Origin: an uncultured delta proteobacterium
GTDB lineage: Bacteria > Desulfobacterota > Desulfobacteria > Desulfobacterales > Desulfosalsimonadaceae
Direction of reading: 5' to 3'
DNA: 64,000 bases
NCBI GenBank assembly: GCA_963826785.1
Contig: CAWGYD010000006.1
Span: 576,001 to 640,000, forward strand
Shown: positions 34,937 to 44,241 of the stretch, in pieces
Position numbering within the stretch: the first letter of the stretch is position 1
Layout: each line of letters starts with the position of its first letter
Position numbers and translations under genes: made by a program
The notes under the pieces: generated by a model
Told to the model about the DNA's origin: nothing
Seen by the model: the letters and a program-made list of their open reading frames with translations, nothing else
Database searches by the model: none

Positions 34937-36850
34937 ATGATGGACAAGAAAAAAACCGTGGCAGTCAGTATCTTTCTCAGCTGTGTTTTTGCAGCCATAT
35001 GCTTTTCAGCGCCGTTTACCGAACCCCAAAGGGAAAAAAAAGACATAACGATTATTGCCAGAAGATACGCATATGCGCCGAACCGGATCATTGTGAACAA
35101 GGGGGATTTAGTTCGCATAAAACTGGGGTCAGTGGATGTCGTGCACGGTTTTTTCCTGGAAGGCTACGATATCGAAGCGGAGATTCACCCCGGAAAAATT
35201 CCGTTCAAGATCCGCCATCCGTCATTTGAATCTGAATTTTCATATGTGGATGAAATATCATTTACGGCCGATCGATCCGGCAAATTCCGCTATCGGTGCT
35301 CCGTCACATGCGGCACGCTTCATCCGTTTATGATCGGAGAACTGATCGTTCGGCCCAACTATTCCTTCTATGCGTGCATCGGGGGGCTCATCGGCGTCTT
35401 TGCCGCCTTTTTATTCTTCGTCTCCGCCGATCTCCGGAGTACGGCCGCGCCGGTTCTTCCGCGCCGGCCTTTTCGCCTCGATCTTTTCAAGACCATGCCG
35501 CGCCTGAAGCGGCTCATGAGCAACCGCGTCTTTCAGTTCACACTGATCCTGGTCAATCTGGCGGCGCTGGTTCTCTTTATCTTTGCCGGATTTTTCGGGT
35601 CCCCCATCGGCAACCACAACATCATCATCACGGTGGTGTGGATCTTCTGGTGGTTTGTGCTGGTCACCTTCATGATCCCTTTCGGGTCGCGCATATGGTG
35701 CATGGTGTGCCCCTTCCCCTTCTTCGGGGAATGGTTTCAGCGGCGCAAACTGCTCGGGCCATCCAACACGAATAGGAGCAAGTTAAAGGGATTTCAAAAA
35801 ATATGGCCGAAAAAATTATCCAATATGTGGATACAGAATATCCTGTTTCTTAGTCTTTGCACCTTCAGCACGATCCTGGTCACCCGGCCAGTAACCACCG
35901 CCGCAGTCCTGATGGGGCTGACCCTAACGGCCACAATCTTCCACATGGTATTCCGCCGCCGAACATTCTGCCGATACATATGCCCGATCGGCGGCTGGAT
36001 GAGTTTATACAGCAGGGCGGCCGTGGTTGAAATCCGTTCCATCAGCAATGGGGCTTGTAAAGGATGCGGTTCAAAAGCGCTGATTGACAACGGCAGGGCC
36101 TGGGGGTGTCCCTGGCTGATCAACCCGGGAAAAATGGACAGCAACAGCAACTGCGGCATGTGCATGGAATGCATCAGTTCATGCCCGAACAGCAATATGA
36201 CACTGCGGCTGAGACCTTTTTGCTCGGATACGGCGATTGACAGGTGTGACGAAGCCTGGATGGGGTTTATCATGATCACCCTTGTGATTCTCTATACTGC
36301 GATTTTTCTCGGGCCTTGGGGAACGATAAAGGAATGGGCCAATATTACGGAAATGGGCAACGTGAAAGGTTTTTTGATCTATTGCGGAATTATCTGGACC
36401 AGCAGCTTGATGATCCTCCCGGCGGTGTGGTTTGCAGCCGCAGGGTTGTCCAAATCACTTTCCGGTTCCAGTGCAGTCGATGTGAAAACCATCTTTATCA
36501 AATATTCCTACGTACTGGTCCCCCTGGGGCTGCTCGGTTGGATTTCGTTCAGCATCCCGCTTTTCATGATCAATTATACACATATTATCGCAACCCTGTC
36601 CGATCCGATGGGATGGGGATGGGATATTTTCGGGAATGCGCATACCCAGTGGCGGCCGGTGCTGCCGGAGTACATCCTCTACATCCAGGTGCCGCTGGTA
36701 TTGACCGGATTGGGTTACGCCTTGATAAAGAGCTATGAGATTTCAAAAAACCTCTACCCCGACGGTGCTCAGGCAGTCCGCAGCCTGATCCCGTTTGGAT
36801 TCCTTTGTACGCTGATATCCATCGTGCTGATATGCCTTTATGCGGGGTAA
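34937..36850 (+). CDS. CuA-cupredoxin fused to a NapH/NosH-like membrane polyferredoxin
   Basis: DVVHGF...CSVTCGTLHPFM (CxxxCxxxHxxM); RIWCMVCP, FCRYICPIGG, CKGC, GCPW, NCGMCMECISSCP; many TM helices. Confidence 0.85.
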   Translation: MMDKKKTVAVSIFLSCVFAAICFSAPFTEPQREKKDITIIARRYAYAPNRIIVNKGDLVRIKLGSVDVVHGFFLEGYDIEAEIHPGKIPFKIRHPSFESEFSYVDEISFTADRSGKFRYRCSVTCGTLHPFMIGELIVRPNYSFYACIGGLIGVFAAFLFFVSADLRSTAAPVLPRRPFRLDLFKTMPRLKRLMSNRVFQFTLILVNLAALVLFIFAGFFGSPIGNHNIIITVVWIFWWFVLVTFMIPFGSRIWCMVCPFPFFGEWFQRRKLLGPSNTNRSKLKGFQKIWPKKLSNMWIQNILFLSLCTFSTILVTRPVTTAAVLMGLTLTATIFHMVFRRRTFCRYICPIGGWMSLYSRAAVVEIRSISNGACKGCGSKALIDNGRAWGCPWLINPGKMDSNSNCGMCMECISSCPNSNMTLRLRPFCSDTAIDRCDEAWMGFIMITLVILYTAIFLGPWGTIKEWANITEMGNVKGFLIYCGIIWTSSLMILPAVWFAAAGLSKSLSGSSAVDVKTIFIKYSYVLVPLGLLGWISFSIPLFMINYTHIIATLSDPMGWGWDIFGNAHTQWRPVLPEYILYIQVPLVLTGLGYALIKSYEISKNLYPDGAQAVRSLIPFGFLCTLISIVLICLYAG

Positions 36851-36920
36851 AGAGAGGCCCCGCGCAAAGGAACCGACCAATGGATGATGATAGATAAGCA
36901 GTTTTATCCCTGACGAAATT

Positions 36921-37928
36921 TTGATCATGCCGATAAAGGAAAAAATTGCCGCAATGTGCGTCCTGGCGATCATAACCAGCATCCCGCTCGGGATATTGAT
37001 TTACCAGTATGTGCTTATCCCTTCCGCGTATCACGCCGGAGAAAAGGTGTTCAATATTACAGCGGTCGCTGAACCCAGCGGCGCATATACACTCGAGGCG
37101 ATAAACGGACTGAACTACTGGTGGAAACGCTTTGCCCCCATGACGCTGCAGTTAAACGTCGGGGACCGGGTGGTCTTGAATCTGAAAAGCGCGGATGCGA
37201 CCCATCAGTTTTATATTCCGGAACTCAATCTCGATCCGGTTACCGTGACGCCGGGCAGGGTGGCCCAATTATCGTTTGTCGCCGAAAAAGAAGGTATCTT
37301 TCAATATTTCTGCACCACCATGTGCGGCGACTGTCATACGTTCATGACGGGATGGATTGTCATTTCATCAGGCGAAAAGCAGCTCGATGCCCCCCATCCG
37401 ATTGTCTGCCCGTTATGCGTTCCGGATTTCGGCGCGCCGCCCCAAACCGACCTGGTTGATCTGGGCGAATACCTTTACCAGAAACTGGGGTGCGTGGGAT
37501 GCCATGGATGGCGCGGGAAAGGCGGCGTCCGGAACCCGAATTACGCCAAACAATCTGTTCCGGCGCACAATACCACAGCAGATAAGCTGTTTTTGCGAAC
37601 AAAAGCGGACGCCGATCAATTCGTCCGGTGGCTGTCTGATAATGAAGAAAGCCGACCATCAGAAGAAACGCCGCGTATCGCCATGTTCAGTGTCGTTCTA
37701 TCACGTTACACCGCGTTGAAAAGTATAGGCAGATCCGGGAGCATACCGGAAAAACTGGACAAGAACGGGCCTGAACCTCCCCTCTGGATGCCCGCATGGA
37801 TGCACCGGCTCAGCGATCGCGAACTGGATGCGATCATCGCATATTTTATCAGCCTGAAAACATGGGATGATGACGAAGCGGAGGAAGATTTGTTTTCACA
37901 GGTTGATCGAGGCGCAAATATATCTTGA
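36921..37928 (+). CDS. Membrane-anchored CuA-cupredoxin plus cytochrome c (CoxII-like fusion)
   Basis: One N-terminal TM; DATHQF...CTTMCGDCHTFM; CPLC; GCVGCHG; distal MPAW. Confidence 0.85.
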   Translation: MIMPIKEKIAAMCVLAIITSIPLGILIYQYVLIPSAYHAGEKVFNITAVAEPSGAYTLEAINGLNYWWKRFAPMTLQLNVGDRVVLNLKSADATHQFYIPELNLDPVTVTPGRVAQLSFVAEKEGIFQYFCTTMCGDCHTFMTGWIVISSGEKQLDAPHPIVCPLCVPDFGAPPQTDLVDLGEYLYQKLGCVGCHGWRGKGGVRNPNYAKQSVPAHNTTADKLFLRTKADADQFVRWLSDNEESRPSEETPRIAMFSVVLSRYTALKSIGRSGSIPEKLDKNGPEPPLWMPAWMHRLSDRELDAIIAYFISLKTWDDDEAEEDLFSQVDRGANIS

Positions 37929-38004
37929 ATTTTCATTTATCTTCATCTTTACAGACCCGCGTAGGTAAAGATGACGAGATCAAATCTTCAAAAAAAAGGA
38001 ACCT

Positions 38005-38292
38005 GTGATGAATCTCACAATCCCGGAAGCAATCATCAGTGAAACGTCAAAATGCGAGCATGATTTTTCCTGTCTCAAATCCGGTCAGCAGGTTAAAAGA
38101 CCGATCTGCCCGGTAGACTATGCCAATGGCCGCAATGTCATTTTTCTTAAAACGGATGAGCCGATCCCTTGTCACTACCAGATCCCGTTTGGATACGGAA
38201 TGGTATGCAGATGCCCCACCCATTTTGAACTTCACAAGAAAGGCAGGGAGCAGAAAACACCGCCGGCGCCGATATCGGAAACAAAGCGTTGA
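38005..38292 (+). CDS. Small Cys-rich hypothetical protein
   Basis: AAAGGA RBS; six Cys including CEHDFSCL, CPV, CHY, CRCP. Confidence 0.7.
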   Translation: MMNLTIPEAIISETSKCEHDFSCLKSGQQVKRPICPVDYANGRNVIFLKTDEPIPCHYQIPFGYGMVCRCPTHFELHKKGREQKTPPAPISETKR

Positions 38293-38326
38293 GCAGATCA
38301 TTACACAATCGGAAAAGGGTTCTGTT

Positions 38327-38626
38327 TTGAAAAATAAACTGTTTATCGGGCTGGTTTTGATTCAGTGCGCAATCCTGGTTTTTTTGCTGATCGACAATGT
38401 GATGACCGCAAAAGCACTTGAACCGAAATTTATCTTAAATGGCCGACTGGTCAAGGATTTGATGATAACCGACCTGGCACTGTGGAGCGAAGCCCGGTAC
38501 ACGCGCCATCCCTCACAGGCCGATATTTTTTCTCCGTTTCAGGATTTTCCGGGAGCGCCGGAACATTTCCCGTCCGGATCGATTATCGGGCCGCCCGGCA
38601 TGCTATCTGCCGGACTGACGGAGTAG
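38327..38626 (+). CDS. Small membrane-anchored hypothetical protein
   Basis: Probable TTG start; TM helix, then TDLALWSEARYTRHPSQADIFSPFQDFPGAPEHFPSGS; ends 3 bp before the permease. Confidence 0.65.
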   Translation: MKNKLFIGLVLIQCAILVFLLIDNVMTAKALEPKFILNGRLVKDLMITDLALWSEARYTRHPSQADIFSPFQDFPGAPEHFPSGSIIGPPGMLSAGLTE

Positions 38627-38629
38627 CAG

Positions 38630-39814
38630 ATGTATAAGCATCTTATGATCATGGAATTTGCCTTGTCATCGCTGTACAGGCGAAAATACAAGAATCTGCT
38701 GATGCTTGCCGTGTATTCCCTTGTCGTTTTTCTCCTGTCCTCCCTGGTCCTTTTGACCGATTCCCTGAAAACAGAAGCGGTCATGCTGACGCAGGAATCC
38801 CCCCAGTTGATCGTCCAGCGGCTGAAAGGCGGTCGCCATGATCTCATTTTGCGGGAATATGCCGCAAAAATCCACGAAATCAGGGGCGTTGATCGGGTGT
38901 CCCCCCGATTCTGGGGATATTATTTTGATCCGGCAACCCGGTCCAATTACACGTTCTGGGGTGCAGATGAAATGGGCCAGGATTTAAAATGGCTGGAGCA
39001 GGGCGAATTTTCCGGCAATTTCACCGGTCGGCGAAAAGAGGACCAGACGCTTCCGTGCATCATCGGCCAGGGCATTGCCGACCTTCGTTTCATCGGCATC
39101 GATGATTTGATCCCGGTGATGGGGTCCGACGGGAACCTCTATGTCCTAAAGGTATCCGGGGTTTTCAATCCAAATTCGTCCATACTGACCAATGACATGA
39201 TCGTCATGGGGATCGATACGATAAAGACCCTGTTTGAGATTCCGGAAAACATGGCAACGGATATCGCGGTGTATGTCAGAAATCAGCGGGAAACCGATAT
39301 GATCGGGCGAAAAATCCAGCAGCTTTTCCCCTCCGTGAGAATTATCACCAAACAGCAGATCCAGAATACATATAAAGCGCTGTTCAGCTGGCGGAGCGGT
39401 TTGATGGCGGCCCTTCTGCTCAGCTCCATTGCCGCTTTCGCCATTTTAACCTGGGATAAAGCGTTGGGGGCCACCGACTATGAAAAAAAGGAAATCGGAG
39501 TCTTAAAGGCAGTCGGTTGGAATACGGCCGAGGTGCTGGAACTGAAATTCTTTGAAGGGGCAGCCATATCGGCAACCGCTTTTCTGACGGGCCTGATCTT
39601 TGCCTGCGTCCACGTGTTTTATGCCGGGGGCATCCTTTTTGAACCGGTTTTAAGGGGATGGTCGGTCCTGTTCCCGAAGCTGAAGCCGCTTCCGGTCATC
39701 GATATTTATAACCTTTTGGCCATCTGGTTTCTTTCGGTGGTGCCCTATATGGCCTCCACCATTATTCCGTTCTGGAAAACGGCGGTGACCGACCCCGAAA
39801 TGGTGATGAAGTAA
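38630..39814 (+). CDS. ABC transporter permease, FtsX/MacB-like
   Basis: TM1, periplasmic domain, KKEIGVLKAVGW, three C-terminal TMs. Confidence 0.88.
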   Translation: MYKHLMIMEFALSSLYRRKYKNLLMLAVYSLVVFLLSSLVLLTDSLKTEAVMLTQESPQLIVQRLKGGRHDLILREYAAKIHEIRGVDRVSPRFWGYYFDPATRSNYTFWGADEMGQDLKWLEQGEFSGNFTGRRKEDQTLPCIIGQGIADLRFIGIDDLIPVMGSDGNLYVLKVSGVFNPNSSILTNDMIVMGIDTIKTLFEIPENMATDIAVYVRNQRETDMIGRKIQQLFPSVRIITKQQIQNTYKALFSWRSGLMAALLLSSIAAFAILTWDKALGATDYEKKEIGVLKAVGWNTAEVLELKFFEGAAISATAFLTGLIFACVHVFYAGGILFEPVLRGWSVLFPKLKPLPVIDIYNLLAIWFLSVVPYMASTIIPFWKTAVTDPEMVMK

Positions 39815-39823
39815 ACGAGACTG

Positions 39824-40306
39824 ATGATGAAAAACAAAACGCACCCCGGCGGCGCAAATGTAATGTCCATATCGATTTCCGGCCTGCTGATGATCTATTT
39901 GGTGATGGCCCTGACGGGATGCACCCGGAGTGCGCCGGAGTATGAACTGGTGGCGCCTGAAGACGGCCGGATCTGCATCCGGACAGCTGCGGTCAATGAC
40001 CACCACGTTCATTTCTTCACCTATCGAAATAACGACAAAAATATCAATTTTTTCGTTCGGACCGACGGCAAGGGAAAACTGCACACCCACTATGACGCAT
40101 GCTACAGCTGTTACAAGTATAAACGGGGGTTTGTAGTGAATGGCGATCATATCCGGTGCATTGCCTGCAACCTTGAATATAGGCTTTCAGATGAGTTCTG
40201 GGATTATGTCGGCGCCTGTGCGCCCATTCCCCTGAGCAGTGTAATTCAAAACGATTTAATTGAAATCAGGCTCAGTGCGGTTCAAAAAGGGGAGAAGCTG
40301 TTTTAG
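39824..40306 (+). CDS. DUF2318-like Cys-rich (Fe-S/metal-binding) lipoprotein
   Basis: LTGC lipobox; DACYSC, CIACN, GACAPIPL. Confidence 0.8.
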   Translation: MMKNKTHPGGANVMSISISGLLMIYLVMALTGCTRSAPEYELVAPEDGRICIRTAAVNDHHVHFFTYRNNDKNINFFVRTDGKGKLHTHYDACYSCYKYKRGFVVNGDHIRCIACNLEYRLSDEFWDYVGACAPIPLSSVIQNDLIEIRLSAVQKGEKLF

Positions 40307-40358
40307 GGCAACCTTAAAGACGATTTGTTTTTTAAATGCTTAAAAAGGGAGGCGAAAA

Positions 40359-40850
40359 ATGAAAAAAAGGATAACCGGAATTGCGGCGCTTTTCATCTTG
40401 TGTGTTTTTCCGTTGCACCTATTTGCGGCCGGTCCAGGCGAGGCCAATGATATCGGCGCATTTCCTTTCTGCAACGACTGCGGAATGGACCGGGAAATGT
40501 TTTCCAACTCCCGAATGCTAATCGAGTACGAAGATGGCAGTGCGGCCGGCATGTGCTCCATACACTGTGCGGCTGTCAATATGATCCGCAAGCCCACCGG
40601 TCGAATCATGGTGGGGGATTACCACACGAAAAATCTGATCGATGCGGAGACCGCCACCTGGGTGATCGGCGGAAATCAAGCCGGCGTAATGACGATAAAT
40701 GCCAAGTGGGCCTTTGAAAGCGAACCGGACGCCCGGGCATTTGTCCAGGCGCACGGCGGGACCATCGCCACATTCGACGATGCCTTAAAGGCGACTTTTG
40801 AAGAGATGTATGAAGATGTCAAAATGATCCGGAACAAACGGCGGCACTAA
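40359..40850 (+). CDS. nosL: NosL-family copper chaperone-like protein 1
   Basis: Signal peptide; CNDCGMDR, CSIHC, LIDAETATWVIG, GVMT, WAFESEPDARAF...HGG. Confidence 0.8.
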   Translation: MKKRITGIAALFILCVFPLHLFAAGPGEANDIGAFPFCNDCGMDREMFSNSRMLIEYEDGSAAGMCSIHCAAVNMIRKPTGRIMVGDYHTKNLIDAETATWVIGGNQAGVMTINAKWAFESEPDARAFVQAHGGTIATFDDALKATFEEMYEDVKMIRNKRRH

Positions 40851-40864
40851 GACAAAAGGGTACT

Positions 40865-41365
40865 ATGGAAATGGCGGGTTTGAAAAACGTTAAAATGGCC
40901 GCATGCACATCCATCCTGCTGTTTTTCTGCGCCTGGCCGATCAACGCCGGCGAATTTGACATGCCGGTAAAACCGGCGCCGGGGGATAAATGCATCGTGT
41001 GCGGGATGTTTGTTGCCCAATATCCCGACTGGACCGGTGAAATCATCTTTAAAGACGGACAGGTGCTGTTTTTTGACGGCTGCAAGGACCTGTTCAGATA
41101 TCTGTTCGACATGAAGAAATACAGCCCGGAGAAAGCGCGCTCCGACATTTCGGCCATTTTTGTGACCCAGTACTATGATGTGTCGTTTATCGATGCCGCC
41201 GGCGCCTGTTATGTCGCGGACAGCGATGTGTACGGCCCCATGGGGCGTGAACTCATTGCGCTTCAGAGCGCATCTGATGCCCGGATTTTTTTAAAAGACC
41301 ACAGGGGAAAACAAATCTACCGGTTTAATGAGATTACCCCCGAACTGGTTGAGGGGCTGGATTAA
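40865..41365 (+). CDS. nosL: NosL-family copper chaperone-like protein 2
   Basis: CIVCGMFV, FFDGCKDLF, IDAAGACYV...SDVYGPMG.ELI. Confidence 0.83.
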   Translation: MEMAGLKNVKMAACTSILLFFCAWPINAGEFDMPVKPAPGDKCIVCGMFVAQYPDWTGEIIFKDGQVLFFDGCKDLFRYLFDMKKYSPEKARSDISAIFVTQYYDVSFIDAAGACYVADSDVYGPMGRELIALQSASDARIFLKDHRGKQIYRFNEITPELVEGLD

Positions 41366-41392
41366 AATCGTGCCATCAGAAGGCAGGCAAAA

Positions 41393-42112
41393 ATGATTGA
41401 ACTGAAAAACGTGGTCAAACGCTACCCGACGGTGAAGCACCCGGACCGATTCGAGCAGGGTCACCGGCGCCGCACAAATGCGGTTGAGGGGATCAGCCTG
41501 AACATTGAAAGAAACGGGACCACTCTGATTGTGGGGGCAAACGGTGCCGGCAAAACGACGCTTTTGAGCATCATCGGCGGGATGACCCGGCCCACGAGCG
41601 GACGGGTCATCATTGCTGGCAGGGACATCTCCAGTCTCCCGGAACATTTTTTATCCGATATCCGCAAAACGCATTTCGGGTTTGTCTTTCAGAACAATCA
41701 ACTGATCCATGGGATTTCGGTCATTGAAAACATCATGGTTCCGGCATACACGTCGGGCCGAAAGCCGGCCCACCTGAAACAGCAGGCCATGGCGATCCTT
41801 GAGAAGTTCAACATCGGATTTCTGGCAAACCAGAAGATCGAAAACATTTCCGGCGGAGAGCAGCAGCGGGTGGCCATCGCCCGGGCGCTGATCAATGATC
41901 CGGAAATCATTGTTGCCGATGAGCCCACGGCCCACCTGCATCCGGATTTGACCGCTATGTTTTTGAAAACGGTTGCCGACCTGATCCGTGAAGGAAAAAC
42001 CGTCATTATCAGCAGCCATGATGCCCAGCTGGCAAATTCAGCAATCATCGAGCGGGTCATCGAACTGGCGGAAGGGAAAGTGGCCCGCGATGTGCAAATT
42101 TTGCCGAATTGA
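41393..42112 (+). CDS. ABC transporter ATP-binding protein (LolD-like)
   Basis: GANGAGKT, ISGGEQQRVAIARAL, ADEPTAHL, SSH. Confidence 0.93.
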   Translation: MIELKNVVKRYPTVKHPDRFEQGHRRRTNAVEGISLNIERNGTTLIVGANGAGKTTLLSIIGGMTRPTSGRVIIAGRDISSLPEHFLSDIRKTHFGFVFQNNQLIHGISVIENIMVPAYTSGRKPAHLKQQAMAILEKFNIGFLANQKIENISGGEQQRVAIARALINDPEIIVADEPTAHLHPDLTAMFLKTVADLIREGKTVIISSHDAQLANSAIIERVIELAEGKVARDVQILPN

Positions 42113-42122
42113 GGCAGAATGA

Positions 42123-43118
42123 ATGATTACTGATCCGGCCATCATCGGGCTGATGTTTACGGCCATTACCGGCGCCTGTTTTTTGATATACGCATCGGGC
42201 ATCGGCGTTCGGATCATCATCGGCTGGGACATGAAAAACGGGGATGAACGGCAGCTCCTTCTGGAGCGGAAAACCTGCCTCATTTCCGTGATCCTGTATT
42301 ATGTGATGCTCTGCGAATTTCTTTCCCTGTTCCTGTTTGTCTTTATTGCCGAAGACATCCATTCCCTGTTTATCGGCGCCATGTGCGCGGCCGGAACTTT
42401 AAATGTCAATGGGTTCGGATGGCCCGGATTGTTAATCAAGCTGATCAATCTCGTGTTGTGCGGCATCTGGCTGATCACAAATTATGTGGATAACAGAGGC
42501 TATGATTACCCGCTGATTCGGTTCAAATACAAATTTTTGTTGATCATCACCCTGCTGGTGGTCTGTGAAACCGCTTTGCTGTTTAGCTATTTTACCCGGC
42601 TTTCGCCCGAGATTATCACCTCCTGCTGCGGCACGCTGTTCAACGAAGACGCCCGAAGCGTTGCCGGACAGATTGTCTCGCTTCCAATGATTGAAACCAG
42701 CACGATATTTTACCTTTTGGTGGCGCTGACCGCTGGCACGGGCATTTATTTCTGCAGGACCGAAAAACTGGCCGGTGTATTCTCCGGGTTGAGCATCATG
42801 GTGCTGCCCGTCGGCCTGGCATCGATTCTATCGTTTATCTCGGTCTATTTTTATCAGCAGCCCACCCACCACTGCCCGTTTTGCCTTCTGAAAAAAGAAT
42901 ACCATCATGTGGGGTACATTCTTTATCTGGCATTATTTACCGGGGGCGTGGCGGGTGCCGGGACCGGCATCATCGATCGTTTTAAAACCCATGTCTCCAT
43001 TGAAAAAGTCGTGCCGAAGATCCAGAAACAGTTGTGCCGCGTTTCCCTTATCGGGTACGGCCTGTTTGTGGGGATATCCGCCTGCCCCATCCTGTTTTCC
43101 GATTTTATGCTCCGATGA
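42123..43118 (+). CDS. Polytopic membrane protein with Cys/His motifs
   Basis: Multiple TM helices; GAMCAAG, ITSCCG, PTHHCPFC. Confidence 0.8.
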   Translation: MITDPAIIGLMFTAITGACFLIYASGIGVRIIIGWDMKNGDERQLLLERKTCLISVILYYVMLCEFLSLFLFVFIAEDIHSLFIGAMCAAGTLNVNGFGWPGLLIKLINLVLCGIWLITNYVDNRGYDYPLIRFKYKFLLIITLLVVCETALLFSYFTRLSPEIITSCCGTLFNEDARSVAGQIVSLPMIETSTIFYLLVALTAGTGIYFCRTEKLAGVFSGLSIMVLPVGLASILSFISVYFYQQPTHHCPFCLLKKEYHHVGYILYLALFTGGVAGAGTGIIDRFKTHVSIEKVVPKIQKQLCRVSLIGYGLFVGISACPILFSDFMLR

Positions 43119-43388
43119 TCGATTGCCCGGATTCAGGGGGGTTTCCGCAAGGGAGACCTTTCGGATGGAACGGGGCCGGCCTGCCGCCGGAACGGCCGGG
43201 CCGTTATCCCGATGATAAAACTTGTTCCACAACCCCGCGCATACGGCCAAGCCGCCTGCGCCGACGCATCCAAAACAGGAGAAGCAGTTTCCGCCGCCGC
43301 ACTGCAGCACCTGAATCGCCCCCATGAACAGGGCGGCGATAAACACCTTCGCCTGAACGCCGCTACATTCTTTCTTTTTCAAATGCAT
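42933..43388 (-). CDS. Possible small Cys-rich membrane protein with a run-on tail
   Basis: AGGAGG RBS before ATG 43388; TM-like stretch then CGGGNCFSCFGC; the 3' part overlaps the convergent gene by 186 nt. Confidence 0.45.
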   Translation of the reverse strand: MHLKKKECSGVQAKVFIAALFMGAIQVLQCGGGNCFSCFGCVGAGGLAVCAGLWNKFYHRDNGPAVPAAGRPRSIRKVSLAETPLNPGNRSSEHKIGKQDGAGGYPHKQAVPDKGNAAQLFLDLRHDFFNGDMGFKTIDDAGPGTRHAPGK

Positions 43389-44241
43389 TCCTCCTGTTTT
43401 CGCGTTGTATAAGCACCTTGCGTGAATATGAAACCGCCCTGCCGGGGCATATGGATTCACAAATGCGGCAGGGCATGCAGGACAGCGGGTCAATCCGGGC
43501 GGTGTCCGTCACCTGGATCGACCAGGTCGGACATACGGATACGCATTTTCCGCATCCACTGCACTTGTCCGCGCACACATGAACCCGTTTTCCGAATGTG
43601 ATGCCAAGTCTGTTGGATAGCGCATCCAGGGCGCCGATGGGGCAGATCAGGTTGCAATAGGCCCTTCCGCCCTTTGCCAGAAAGCCCATCAGCAGCACCA
43701 GGCCAAGGTTCAGCAGTCCTGCGGTTCTGAAGAAATAGGCCAGGTCTGCCGGCGAGAACACGGCGCCCAGCATTCGTGGAAGCGTCGCAAAATTGCAATA
43801 GCTGCAGCAGAGACTGCCGATGCCGAGCGCGGATGCCAGAAAATAGACGGACAGGTATCCGTATCTAAATGACGGGGCCGGAATCCTGGAATAATCAATT
43901 TTCAGGCGTTCGGGCGCGATTTTGCTGCCCAACTCCATGCCGGCGCCCACCGGGCAAAGGTGGCTGCACCAGTATCGACCGAAAAAAAACGTGGAAACCA
44001 GGACCCCGGATACCAATGCCACGCCCATATAGCTTCTCAAAAACCCTGAAAAATATGTTTCCGCCGACATGCCGCTTCGCCACACAAAAAACATCCGGGG
44101 GCACCACGTACCGCAAAAATTGCTGTCGCCGGTGAACTGAAACAGAAATGAAAGCGGCGGCATGAACAGCACTATCGCCGCTGCCATAAACCAGTAGCGG
44201 TTCCGGGCAATAAAAGATCGGTTATTCGGGATGCCAGCCAT
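43363..44241 (-). CDS. Membrane 4Fe-4S binding protein (NapH-like)
   Basis: FCGTWCP, GRYWCSHLCPVG, LCCSYCN, YCNLICPIG, CSGCGKCVSVCP, CMPCRICESICP. Confidence 0.88.
   Translation of the reverse strand: MAGIPNNRSFIARNRYWFMAAAIVLFMPPLSFLFQFTGDSNFCGTWCPRMFFVWRSGMSAETYFSGFLRSYMGVALVSGVLVSTFFFGRYWCSHLCPVGAGMELGSKIAPERLKIDYSRIPAPSFRYGYLSVYFLASALGIGSLCCSYCNFATLPRMLGAVFSPADLAYFFRTAGLLNLGLVLLMGFLAKGGRAYCNLICPIGALDALSNRLGITFGKRVHVCADKCSGCGKCVSVCPTWSIQVTDTARIDPLSCMPCRICESICPGRAVSYSRKVLIQRENRRNAFEKERM

Noticed and set aside
36921..37928. Cytochrome c oxidase subunit II of a caa3 oxidase
   Set aside because: No subunit I or III, Sco or heme O/A synthase nearby, and only one N-terminal TM
38630..42112. 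Calling the block a nitrous-oxide reductase (nos) cluster
   Set aside because: No nosZ, nosD or nosY is visible, and the ABC system is FtsX/LolD-type rather than NosFY
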